IMG/VR virus record: IMGVR_UViG_3300005601_000003
Span: 1-47,094 of that record
Reading direction: 5' to 3' (one strand)
Source: a virus
Lineage: Duplodnaviria > Caudoviricetes
DNA: 47,094 bases
Numbering within the stretch: position 1 is the first letter of the stretch; every line of letters starts with the position of its first letter. Positions 28,022 through 36,605 of this stretch are shown here, one piece after another. A program made the position numbers and the translations under genes. Under the pieces are notes generated by a model. That model searched no databases. It saw only the letters and a list, made by a program, of their open reading frames with translations, and was not told where the DNA came from.

Positions 28022-29130
28022 TATACGTTCTCCAGCAGGGTTAAGTCAGCAAGAACGACTGACTTATAATCAAGGTTTTCATAGGCCGTGGGCGTATATG
28101 TAATCTCAGTGCTCGTCCAAGTGTCGGGGGGAACCAAATAAACCTTGGTTGATCCCGCCAATGTTGGGGCGTCATGGGTATAGATTCGCGCTGCGCAATT
28201 GGGTCCGACTGCCAGATACTGGTCAGCAAAAAGAGGCAGCACATCAACCCAGCTCGCCACGTTCCCCATCCACCCATTACACAGAAAGGTGTCAAGGAAC
28301 CGCTCAGTAGGCGGTCCGCCCGGCCCGGTCGCCCAGGGGTCACAGTTAGGGTGAATTGTTCTCAGAAAGGTGCTGTTGGTCTGCTGCACCGTTTCGATAG
28401 TCGCGTCCTTCGCTCCCGGCGAACTCTCGTCTCCAGAGCAATAATAAGAGAACAAATTCTCGTTGACGGCGGATAGTGCACTATATGAAAACGAAACCTT
28501 GTCATTTCCTGAGCCAGAACCCGTCCCTACGGCCTCCGGCGTTATCGCGTTGCCGCTCACATTTAGCGCACCGTTGACGAGGGTCGGAATGACAAGATCA
28601 TTGTCTGCAACGTAGCTGTATGGCCGAAGACTATGCCAGTCCATTTTCCAGATTGAGTTCGTGCCAGTGCCGTCTTTAGAGTTGGCCGCTGTTGCGCCTG
28701 GCATCTTATAGCCAGTAGGTATAACCATCCTCCAGGAGCGGAAAAACTGATTGTACTTTTGGCTATGCTCGTAGCGCATGCCAGTGAGGTCTTTCTGGTT
28801 CAGGGATACGCTTTCGATCTTCCTTCCTGTGATCCACGTCCGGCCCCCAAAGTCGTAATATTTCGCTCCGGCCACGGCCTCAGAAGTCTGCGTATTCTCC
28901 CCGGTCCACTGACCTATATCTGCTACTAGCGATACCGACTGGCCGTCAACTCCAGTGGCGCGGTCGAACAGAGCCACAGTAGGACCAGATCCGAAGCCGC
29001 TGCCGGTAATAGTGTTTGTTCCAGGTTGTCCCGATCCGCTTGCCATCACGGACTCAAATACGCCGCCGCCCGATTTCTCGGCCATGCGTAGTGTCAGGTC
29101 TTGGTTGAGTTCTACCGTCATCAGAATCAA
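28021..29130 (-). CDS. Putative receptor-binding or carbohydrate-interacting protein (IPT-like frame with an inserted beta-domain); start uncertain
   Basis: TITGSGFGSGP near the N terminus and PDTWTSTEITY near the C terminus enclose a lectin- or lyase-like region. Confidence 0.5.
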   Translation of the reverse strand: MILMTVELNQDLTLRMAEKSGGGVFESVMASGSGQPGTNTITGSGFGSGPTVALFDRATGVDGQSVSLVADIGQWTGENTQTSEAVAGAKYYDFGGRTWITGRKIESVSLNQKDLTGMRYEHSQKYNQFFRSWRMVIPTGYKMPGATAANSKDGTGTNSIWKMDWHSLRPYSYVADNDLVIPTLVNGALNVSGNAITPEAVGTGSGSGNDKVSFSYSALSAVNENLFSYYCSGDESSPGAKDATIETVQQTNSTFLRTIHPNCDPWATGPGGPPTERFLDTFLCNGWMGNVASWVDVLPLFADQYLAVGPNCAARIYTHDAPTLAGSTKVYLVPPDTWTSTEITYTPTAYENLDYKSVVLADLTLLENV

Positions 29131-29516
29131 TCCAGACTGAAGGTGATGTCGCCTGCCGCGAACCGAAGGATAGCTCCGGTTCCTACGGTACGCGCAGTGT
29201 CGAGGGCGACAGAGGCAAGCACATTACCACTGGTGCTGGCATCCATCAAAGCCAGATGAGTGATGGAACCCCAAGATGCCGTAGCCTCTGGAAACGTTTC
29301 TTGATTAACGTTGCTGACTTCGGAAGCAGTCCGGCTCCAGTCAGCGCCTGCAGTCGCTACCCGAGCATAGGCACCGCCTGCCGGTTCTGCCAGTCCACTA
29401 CCATCCTCACCAGGATCAGCCGTGGAGGCGGCAAGATAAAGGGTTGGAGGGGCGGGACTTCCGAGATCAAAAAACAGGTCAAGCATGAGGGCTTCACCAA
29501 CGTTAGAAAGGCTCAT
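29127..29516 (-). CDS. Small fibre/decoration subunit, paralog of 25303..25698
   Basis: ASTADPG...EPAGGAYARV...FPEATASWGSITH; GAGGAG RBS. Confidence 0.7.
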   Translation of the reverse strand: MSLSNVGEALMLDLFFDLGSPAPPTLYLAASTADPGEDGSGLAEPAGGAYARVATAGADWSRTASEVSNVNQETFPEATASWGSITHLALMDASTSGNVLASVALDTARTVGTGAILRFAAGDITFSLD

Positions 29517-29540
29517 AATAGAACTCCTCTGATTTGTGAT

Positions 29541-29569
29541 AGTTTGCAAGAAGCGGGAGGCAATGTCAA
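29541..29569 (-). promoter_or_regulatory. Sigma70-like promoter for the fibre cassette
   Basis: Minus strand TTGACA-17 nt-CAAACT. Confidence 0.6.
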
Positions 29570-29624
29570 GGGGCCGATGAGTTCTTTGATATATATGCTA
29601 TGCTCCCGGATACCATATATACCA

Positions 29625-30101
29625 TCAGCGAAAGTAGTGCCAGATGGCGCCATCGTGAAACTCCAGCGGCCTCTTGTTTGTCTTAACTTGAGGCCGTTGG
29701 GGTTCTTCATACCTCATCCGCTTGAAGGCCTGAATTCCGATCACGGGTCTCTTGAACAGATGCGCAAGAAGAGGTTGGTAGAGAAGTTCGATTTGAGGCC
29801 AGGCTCTGGAGTTCTGGCTGAGCTTACACTCGAAGACAACAACCCGCTCAGGCTGGAGGAGGAAATGATCCGGCTGGGCGAAACCGCTGCCGTTGCAGTC
29901 CTCAAACATCAACCACAAATCGCTGTAGAGTTTTCCCTCTAGACGCTTGGCATCAATCTCACCTGCCAAAAAACGTCCCACCTTGTTTTGAAAGGCCAGA
30001 CCTTGAGCCTTTGTTCCGGTCAACTTGGAGGGCCCTGGAAACGGATTCCTGTCCGCAACCGCGGCCCACTTAAGTTTTTTAATTATCCTGGGTTTCGGCA
30101 T
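29625..30101 (-). CDS. PD-(D/E)XK nuclease
   Basis: G..FQ..V, QPDHF and VFECKLS motifs. Confidence 0.65.
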   Translation of the reverse strand: MPKPRIIKKLKWAAVADRNPFPGPSKLTGTKAQGLAFQNKVGRFLAGEIDAKRLEGKLYSDLWLMFEDCNGSGFAQPDHFLLQPERVVVFECKLSQNSRAWPQIELLYQPLLAHLFKRPVIGIQAFKRMRYEEPQRPQVKTNKRPLEFHDGAIWHYFR

Positions 30102-30822
30102 CGCCGGACTCCTGCGGCTGACGGTAGGTGACAGTGGACCGGGAGCGAGAGTCACTCAGAGCCTTGAGCCGGGTGAGTTCGTCTTCGGAGAGGGAACGAC
30201 CGGAGCCACCCTTACCTGCATCTCCGCGTGGGGCCTCGCCGCCAACCGTGAGCTTGACCAAATCCATCAAGTGACCGTTGCCGAAGGAGTCCGGGGAATC
30301 CATCAGCCGCTCCTGCAGTTCCTCCATCCCCGAGGTACCCAGAAGATAAAACCGGTGCTTGAGGCTAAGGTCCGCGACTTCCTCCAGGTCCTTGTAGTGT
30401 TCCATCAGTTCAACAAACGCCGGGTCCTTGGTGAGCTGATGGATGCGCTCCGGAGTAATCCCGAGGATGCGGGAGATGTTGACGTGTTTCTCGCCTCCCG
30501 CAACCATCCTCGCAATCTGGTGGTGGATAGTGCGGAGACGCTGGAGGTTCGCCACACTTCCGGCCTCACCCTGTTTCCGGGCCGGAGCATTCTGCATCAC
30601 CAGAGCATCGTCAAGATTGAGTTCCCTAACGACTTCAAATGCCAGCGGAGGTTTGGAGGCCCCACGGCCCCTACTTTTACGCCCGAAAGCCTGCAGGACC
30701 TCAAGGCCGAGCTTCGCCTCCACAAAGTCCTCAACCCCACCATCAGGAGCCTCGCCCTTCCATTCGCCCCCCACATTGGGCACATCCACCCCGAGCTTAC
30801 CTTCAGTTTCATCGCGGGCCAT
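30079..30822 (-). CDS. Putative terminase small subunit / HTH protein
   Basis: HTH-like HHQIARMVAGG..HVNISRILGITPERIHQL..DPAF; first late gene; GGGAGG RBS. Confidence 0.55.
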   Translation of the reverse strand: MARDETEGKLGVDVPNVGGEWKGEAPDGGVEDFVEAKLGLEVLQAFGRKSRGRGASKPPLAFEVVRELNLDDALVMQNAPARKQGEAGSVANLQRLRTIHHQIARMVAGGEKHVNISRILGITPERIHQLTKDPAFVELMEHYKDLEEVADLSLKHRFYLLGTSGMEELQERLMDSPDSFGNGHLMDLVKLTVGGEAPRGDAGKGGSGRSLSEDELTRLKALSDSRSRSTVTYRQPQESGDAETQDN

Positions 30823-30855
30823 ATCGCGGCCTCCCTTTAAGAATCTTCAGGCCCT

Positions 30856-30884
30856 AGTATGGCGCAGGACTTTCATGGGGTCAA
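30856..30884 (-). promoter_or_regulatory. Sigma70-like promoter for the late operon
   Basis: Minus strand TTGACC-17 nt-CATACT upstream of 30822. Confidence 0.65.
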
Positions 30885-31120
30885 ACCACTGGCGGGACCG
30901 AAGCCCTCCGGCACTCCTTTGGTATATATCCCTTCTGGAAACTCCAGTTTTCTAAAACGGCACCCCAGGGGGGATGGGCCGGGGTTCGATGGGGGGAGTG
31001 GGGGTGGGTAGGGCCGAGGCCCGTGGGTGGATGGAATCCGGCGAGGTATTTCAAGGGAATTCACACTATGAGCCTGTAACAAAACGTTACAAACTAATTG
31101 GATTATTCTAGGGAAAAAGG

Positions 31121-31148
31121 TTGAATATATACGGCAGGGGTATATACT
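31121..31148 (+). promoter_or_regulatory. Sigma70-like early promoter with overlapping operator-like palindromes
   Basis: TTGAAT-16 nt-TATACT; AATATATACG at 31124 and GGTATATACT at 31139. Confidence 0.65.
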
Positions 31149-31217
31149 AAGGATGTGTTTGGGGATTCACCCCACACCGGGCCGCCGGCCTGATTAAATC
31201 GAACGAGGTATTTCAAG

Positions 31218-31688
31218 ATGAAAAAGTTAAACGTGGTATTTGGTAGCAAGAAAGCAAACCGTAGTGTCGAAGTGGATCTGATGACGTTGCCCGAGGCGTC
31301 CATCATGGCCGTTGCCGCCTATGGTGCCCGCAGGTTTGTGAATGATAAAGTAGGTGGAAGCGAAATTGGCGCCACTGAAGCGGGCAAGATGTTTGATGAC
31401 ATCATGGCACAACTTCAGAAAGGATGGGAAGGTAGACAGGCAAGCGGCGTCGATCCGGTAGAAGTCAAGGCGCTTGGTATTGCGCGGGATCAGGTCAAAG
31501 CGGCGATTCAGGCCAAAGGCCTCACCCTTAAAGATGTGGGCAAGGAAAAAATCGCGGAACTGGCCAAGGCGCAATTTGACAAGGCTCCGGATGGATACCG
31601 GAAGGCGGCTGCGGAACAGATCGAGGCCGAAAAGAAAGCCCGTGACAAGGCAGCAAGTGCCGTTGATTTGGGTGATCTGGGACTTTAA
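31218..31688 (+). CDS. Early protein, paralog of 43156..43683
   Basis: Shared DPVE.KAL...R...K.AIQ.KG...KDVG.EK..EL segment; GAGG RBS. Confidence 0.85.
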   Translation: MKKLNVVFGSKKANRSVEVDLMTLPEASIMAVAAYGARRFVNDKVGGSEIGATEAGKMFDDIMAQLQKGWEGRQASGVDPVEVKALGIARDQVKAAIQAKGLTLKDVGKEKIAELAKAQFDKAPDGYRKAAAEQIEAEKKARDKAASAVDLGDLGL

Positions 31689-31729
31689 TTCAAACCGGGC
31701 CACGGATGGCCCCCGAAAGGAGATTCGAT

Positions 31730-31894
31730 ATGCAAGCTATAACCTGCTTCGATTGTCTTAAAGACTTTGAGCCTAGTAACCTTTATCTAGGTCTGATCCC
31801 TTGGGATAATGATATAGGCGAAACGGAGGCTATCAAATTCCATTGCCCGCATTGCACTCGGCAATATTGGATTATCCCTGAAAACGCGCGGTAG
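31730..31894 (+). CDS. Small zinc-ribbon protein
   Basis: CFDC and CPHC; AGGAG RBS. Confidence 0.6.
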   Translation: MQAITCFDCLKDFEPSNLYLGLIPWDNDIGETEAIKFHCPHCTRQYWIIPENAR

Positions 31895-31912
31895 TGTAAA
31901 TCCATTTCAACA

Positions 31913-31939
31913 GGCCCCGGCTACGGTCGGGGTTTTTTT
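31913..31939 (+). terminator. Intrinsic terminator
   Basis: GGCCCCGGC-TACG-GTCGGGGTT followed by a T tract. Confidence 0.85.
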
Positions 31940-32045
31940 GTGCCCGAAGAAAAGCCCCGGAGGCATGGCCCAGCCGCAAGAGGAGTAGGGTAGGCCGAGA
32001 TTTTCTGAAAGCCTCCAGGATGTTGGTTTGGGGATGCAGGCCGTT

Positions 32046-32320
32046 GGTCAAAATTTCACCACCCGATTTTGACCCGGTAAGGATTCGCTACTCACCCGCT
32101 ATTACCCCGCTACTAACCCGCATTTCCCGCATTCACGAAAGTTGATCGACCCCCCTTCGGCGATGGGAGTGGTTCTTATTTAAAAAAAAAAAATTATATA
32201 GGAAACTAACCATAAGCCAAGGCACCCACCCCCAACGTCGCAGGCGACCCCAAACCCGAAATGCGGGTAATGCGGGCCATTACCGACCCATTACCGACCC
32301 AGTAGCGACCCATTACCGGC
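32046..32320. repeat. Origin-like locus: 11-bp tandem repeats, 17-bp inverted repeat and central A12/AT tract
   Basis: CGCTA(C/T)TNNCC x3 at 32086-32118. CCCGCATTTCCCGCATT (32117-32133) and AATGCGGGTAATGCGGG (32260-32276) are inverted. A12 at 32182-32193. CCATTACCGAC-like x4 at 32277-32320. Confidence 0.75.
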
Positions 32321-32438
32321 CAATTTTCCTATGTAAAAATTCCTGACACCCCACTCCCGCCCCGCCGAAAATCCCCCCAGCTCTCAACCCCTTACCCAGC
32401 CTTCACCGATACAAGGCTCCCGGCACGATGGCGAGCCC

Positions 32439-32467
32439 TTGATATATACCATTGATTATGTTACAAT
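32439..32467 (+). promoter_or_regulatory. Sigma70-like early promoter
   Basis: TTGATA-17 nt-TACAAT; GATATATACC at 32441. Confidence 0.75.
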
Positions 32468-32503
32468 GGGATTGAAAATCCAACCAAGCAAGAGGTAAAG
32501 AAG

Positions 32504-32725
32504 ATGTCAAACCAAAGAGTGATTAAGCGGAACGGTCAAGAGGTGGTTTGTTTCGGCCCTTGGCACGAAGACTCCAAAGCCGTAGTAGTTGGGGACTTCT
32601 GTGACGGAAGCGAGATGAAAGAGGTCTGGGCCGAAGGCGCCACGAACTGGACCGAAGCCGTTGAAACCATCACGGCCTGGGCCAAGCGCAACGGCCACCA
32701 GGTTGTTGAAATGTCTAGCTGTTAA
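32504..32725 (+). CDS. Hypothetical early protein
   Basis: 73 aa; GAGGT RBS. Confidence 0.75.
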   Translation: MSNQRVIKRNGQEVVCFGPWHEDSKAVVVGDFCDGSEMKEVWAEGATNWTEAVETITAWAKRNGHQVVEMSSC

Positions 32726-32735
32726 GGAGATCAGG

Positions 32736-32882
32736 ATGAAACTTACATACAACCCGCTCACCGGAATCCACACCGCGGAGTACGGCAGCCATCTGGCCAT
32801 GGCCCGCAGTGCAGGCGAGGCCGGTCGGCTCTGCATGGAATCATACATGGCCGCGAGGCCCTCACTGTATTTAGTAGGCTGA
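32736..32882 (+). CDS. Small hypothetical early protein
   Basis: MKLTYNPLTG..., 48 aa; AAGGAG RBS. Confidence 0.65.
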   Translation: MKLTYNPLTGIHTAEYGSHLAMARSAGEAGRLCMESYMAARPSLYLVG

Positions 32883-32886
32883 GGCC

Positions 32887-32915
32887 TTGATATATATCAT
32901 CCATGGTGTTAGAAT
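32887..32915 (+). promoter_or_regulatory. Sigma70-like early promoter
   Basis: TTGATA-17 nt-TAGAAT with palindromes at 32889 and 32915. Confidence 0.75.
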
Positions 32916-33015
32916 GTATATACCAACGGACGGAATGAAAGAGGCCAGCGAAGGCCACCAACGAGGCGACAGCCTCCGGGGAAATACCTCCCCAACCAAA
33001 ACGAAGGAGATGGTT

Positions 33016-33327
33016 ATGACCATTTTATTGAAAACAGGCGTTGCAAAATCCCTTGGCTCCGAAGCGCGCTGGGAACTTCATAAAAACTTCGAGGATGACA
33101 CCCCTGCACTTGTCATCCGCCTCTTCCAACCCCTGCACGATAGTCCAGGTATGCGACACATGGCTACCCTGACCATTGATCGTATGGACGGAGAGGGCAA
33201 AGCCACATTCACCGACACAGGCATTGATGACAACGGACTCGATCCCGTTCCACTTGCAGGTATGCTAGTGTACGCCAACGAAGAAACCTGGGCACACATC
33301 GCCCTCGACATCTTCAACAACAGCTAA
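33016..33327 (+). CDS. Hypothetical early protein
   Basis: AAGGAG RBS, ATG 33016. Confidence 0.7.
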   Translation: MTILLKTGVAKSLGSEARWELHKNFEDDTPALVIRLFQPLHDSPGMRHMATLTIDRMDGEGKATFTDTGIDDNGLDPVPLAGMLVYANEETWAHIALDIFNNS

Positions 33328-33381
33328 AACGTAGTTCCAACCCAGACCAAGGACGGCCACCCACAACGAGGCCATACCGAA

Positions 33382-33594
33382 ATGAAAAAATCTCGCAGCC
33401 GTGCCCCGATGATTGACCTCCGTCAACGTCACGGCCCCCTTCAGTCATATTGGACCGCAGTCGTCCGCCGTGGCCCGAAAGGTCCGATACTCTACGATAA
33501 CACCAACTCTAGCCGAGACGCCGCGCTTGGCGGGGCTCAAACTTGGTGCCGGAATCAAGGCTACTCCAACGTGAAGGTAAGGGAGGCAGGATAA
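33382..33594 (+). CDS. Hypothetical basic early protein
   Basis: 70 aa; GAGG RBS; coupled to the next gene by TAATG. Confidence 0.7.
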   Translation: MKKSRSRAPMIDLRQRHGPLQSYWTAVVRRGPKGPILYDNTNSSRDAALGGAQTWCRNQGYSNVKVREAG

Positions 33595-34133
33595 TGTCAA
33601 ACCAACGCAAGCGCTCCACCGGAATCCACAAGCCGGCCTCGCGCCTAACACTTGAGGACCTCTTCGGGCCAACGGCCCCCACCGAGGACGAAATTCGGGA
33701 AGTCGCCCGGCAAGCCTCGAAACCCAAACCCAAGCCCGGAGCAGGGCTACCGCCCGACCGACTCGACGCAATACGTGAGGCCGCACGACGCACCGCCACC
33801 CAGCCTGAATGGGCGAAGCGTTGGCTGCCCACTGCACGTGTCTACGTCGAGGCCCAAGTTGAATGTCGCAACTGCCACCACACGTGGATCAGCCCCGGCG
33901 CCACCGGTTGGCTAGTGGAGTTCACCAACTCCCGAACCGGAGCCACCCACACCACCGAGGCCTCCGGCCCGATCGACCTCCGCCTGCCCGCGAAGAAATT
34001 CATCCATCAGAGCCACACCCATGTGTGCAGCCTCTGTTGGCTTGGGTTAGTGACTTGGCCCCCGAGGTCCGTCACCCAATTAAAACTCCCAAACCCCGAA
34101 GCCCAAACCGGCCCCAACCCCGAGGTACAATAA
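33594..34133 (+). CDS. Hypothetical zinc-binding protein
   Basis: CRNC and CSLC; LTLEDLF near the N terminus and QLKLP near the C terminus. Confidence 0.7.
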   Translation: MSNQRKRSTGIHKPASRLTLEDLFGPTAPTEDEIREVARQASKPKPKPGAGLPPDRLDAIREAARRTATQPEWAKRWLPTARVYVEAQVECRNCHHTWISPGATGWLVEFTNSRTGATHTTEASGPIDLRLPAKKFIHQSHTHVCSLCWLGLVTWPPRSVTQLKLPNPEAQTGPNPEVQ

Positions 34134-34134
34134 C

Positions 34135-34773
34135 ATGAAAAACCGAATCCAGATCCAATTAAAAATCAACTCAAGCCAGCTCGCCCGGATGTCCCATGAC
34201 CTCCGCGAAAGCTATGTCACCAGCCTACAACAGTTATCCCCTCACGAGATTTCCCGAAGTCTCGCCGGGTTCGCCAAAGTCGGCAACTGGGATAAGTGGC
34301 AACAACTGTTGGCGTATTTCGCCGCAACAGTATGTGGCACATACGAGGCCCTGTATTCCGAAGGCAAACTCGAAACCGACCTAGAGCTAGCGTTCGTGCA
34401 AACCAACGGTAAGCTAGCGGAATTCTATTCCGACCTCCTCCGCGCCATCAACACCATCCAGAAGGCCCGGAACCTTCACAAGGCCGGGAACCGTGACGAG
34501 GCCACCCGCATCCTCCTTTACATCCCCTCGATGTTGGACGACATCTCCATTAACCTCGACAAGGTGAAGTCCGCCCCGACCCAGGTGGCCCGAAAAGGGA
34601 TCACCTCCGAGGCCTTTAAGGCAGAAGTCGATCAGCTCCAAACCACCATGTACCCCAACTGTGGCCTGCTGAACTTCGTCCTCATGGCCGCCCTCGAATA
34701 CCTTGACAGCGCTTACCAGTTCGGTGACTTTGCCAAGGCCGCAACCCTCGAAATCCTAGGAGAACACGCATGA
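34135..34773 (+). CDS. Hypothetical helical protein
   Basis: 212 aa; GAGGT RBS; ATGA overlap with the helicase gene. Confidence 0.75.
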   Translation: MKNRIQIQLKINSSQLARMSHDLRESYVTSLQQLSPHEISRSLAGFAKVGNWDKWQQLLAYFAATVCGTYEALYSEGKLETDLELAFVQTNGKLAEFYSDLLRAINTIQKARNLHKAGNRDEATRILLYIPSMLDDISINLDKVKSAPTQVARKGITSEAFKAEVDQLQTTMYPNCGLLNFVLMAALEYLDSAYQFGDFAKAATLEILGEHA

Positions 34774-36365
34774 TCAAACCCAACGAGTTCGCACCCGGCG
34801 GCCACCCTTGGTCCCCCCACCAGCTCCAGATCTTTAACGAGATCCTGGCCGCGCCCCAAGCCTCCTTCGTCCTCGATGCATGTGCCGGCGCCTCCAAAAC
34901 CACCACCTTAGTGGAGCTAGTCACTCGCATCGTGGCCTCGGGAGTCAAGCCTCACACCATCCAATGCCTGAGCTTCAACAAGAAGATCGCCGAGGCCTTG
35001 GCCGAAAAGATGCCCCCCGGCACCCGAAGCTCGACCATGAACGCCCTCGGCCATGCCGCCCTCCGGGCCACCCTGCCCGTCTCCCGCCCCCACGTCGATG
35101 CATGGAAGGAGGCCAACATCTGGCGCAACGGGATACCCGCCTTTGGCAGCCTCGAGAAGGCGGAACAAAAAGCGATCCTTGACGCATACAACGGAGTCAA
35201 GATCGCCGGCCTGTGCCTTCACCCCGAGGAATATCGATGGGACCTCTGTCTTGACCTGCCCGACTTCAACGCGGAGTTCGTAACCAAGCGCAAGCTCGCA
35301 CCCCTTGCACCCCACGGTGCAGCCGCACGGTTCCTCGACCATCTCGAGTCCAACACGATGGAGCTGGACCCCCGAGACTGGCATGAGAGTTTCCTCGAAG
35401 TGTTCACGGCGGACCTTTACGCAAGTCTCGCCCATGGCTCCATATCATTTCTTGATCAGCTATACCTCAGTGCGGTGATGACCCAGGTGTCCCTCCCCAC
35501 CTTCCCCCATGTTTTGGTGGACGAGGCCCAGGACCTTGGCCCCCTCGAGCATAAGATATTGACCAAAGTCGTGTCGAAGTTCCCCCAGGGTCGCCTCATC
35601 GGAGTCGGAGACCGGGCCCAGGCCATCTACGCCTTCAAGGGCGCACACTATGACAGTCTCGACCGCCTCGCCAAACGCTTCGAGGCCAACTGGCTCTCTC
35701 TCCCCGTATCCTACCGCTGCCCCCAGGCCGTAGTGCGGGAGGCCCAACTCCTTGACCCCCGCATCCAGGTGTGGGAACACGCGAAGGAGGGCACCGTGGA
35801 CCGCACAAGGGACTGGACCTTTGCCACCCTCGCTCGCCCCTCCACCATCCTCTGCCGGGTGAACTACCCCCTTGTACAGGCCGGGCTTCAACTCATCCAG
35901 GCTGGCATCGGTGCCAAGTTCCTTGGCCGGGATTTCGAGACTAACCTCCGAAATTTCTTCGAGCAGTGGTGGAAGAAGTCCAAAATCCTGCCCGGCATGT
36001 TCCTTGCGATCGAGGCCGAGATCCGGAAGCTCGAAGACAAAAAGGATAAGTACAAGGCCAGCCGAGTGGCGGACAACCTCGCGTGTCTCAAGGCCATCGC
36101 CGAGCAATACAATGCACAGGATTTCAAGCAGCTGGCCGACGGCATCACGGACCTGTTCAACTCACCGGGCCCCATAACCCTGGCCTCAATCCACAAAGCC
36201 AAAGGGTTGGAGTGGATGCATGTGTATCTACTCCGCCCCGACCTCCTGCCCCACCCCAACGCCACCAGCGACGACGACCTTCAACAAGAGTCCAACATGC
36301 AGTATGTGGCGGTCACGAGGGCGCAGGATACATTCACCTACCTCGACAAACCACTGGATCAATAA
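34770..36365 (+). CDS. UvrD/Rep-like SF1 helicase
   Basis: ACAGASKTT, SFNK, VDEAQD, VGDRAQAIYAFKGA, SYRCP, SIHKAKGLEW, YVAVTRA. Confidence 0.93.
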   Translation: MIKPNEFAPGGHPWSPHQLQIFNEILAAPQASFVLDACAGASKTTTLVELVTRIVASGVKPHTIQCLSFNKKIAEALAEKMPPGTRSSTMNALGHAALRATLPVSRPHVDAWKEANIWRNGIPAFGSLEKAEQKAILDAYNGVKIAGLCLHPEEYRWDLCLDLPDFNAEFVTKRKLAPLAPHGAAARFLDHLESNTMELDPRDWHESFLEVFTADLYASLAHGSISFLDQLYLSAVMTQVSLPTFPHVLVDEAQDLGPLEHKILTKVVSKFPQGRLIGVGDRAQAIYAFKGAHYDSLDRLAKRFEANWLSLPVSYRCPQAVVREAQLLDPRIQVWEHAKEGTVDRTRDWTFATLARPSTILCRVNYPLVQAGLQLIQAGIGAKFLGRDFETNLRNFFEQWWKKSKILPGMFLAIEAEIRKLEDKKDKYKASRVADNLACLKAIAEQYNAQDFKQLADGITDLFNSPGPITLASIHKAKGLEWMHVYLLRPDLLPHPNATSDDDLQQESNMQYVAVTRAQDTFTYLDKPLDQ

Positions 36366-36375
36366 GGAGAACGTT

Positions 36376-36567
36376 ATGGGAGACGGAGCTGACGATGCCC
36401 TTAACCGGGCATTAAATCAAGAGTTGGCGGATATGATCGCTGAAGAAGAGGAAGGGATAGAGTTCGCAGGTCGGCGCATCGGTCCGCCCAACGAAATCTC
36501 CAGGGCACGTCGCCGAGACACTGACCTCGAGCGCCTTGTTCGTAGTCTCCCTTTCCCTTTCAACTAA
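36376..36567 (+). CDS. Small hypothetical protein
   Basis: MGDGADDAL...; AAGGAG RBS. Confidence 0.65.
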   Translation: MGDGADDALNRALNQELADMIAEEEEGIEFAGRRIGPPNEISRARRRDTDLERLVRSLPFPFN

Positions 36568-36605
36568 TAACCCGGAGGGGGCCTCGTGCCCCCAAGGAAC
36601 CTCTC

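Noticed and set aside
30830-31217. tRNA or other ncRNA in the divergent intergenic region
   Set aside because: Only short hairpins and promoters are present; no cloverleaf could be built.
32086-32320. Short repeats as a CRISPR array
   Set aside because: The units are 11 bp, directly adjacent, with no spacers. The Cas4-like gene sits in an ordinary recombination module.
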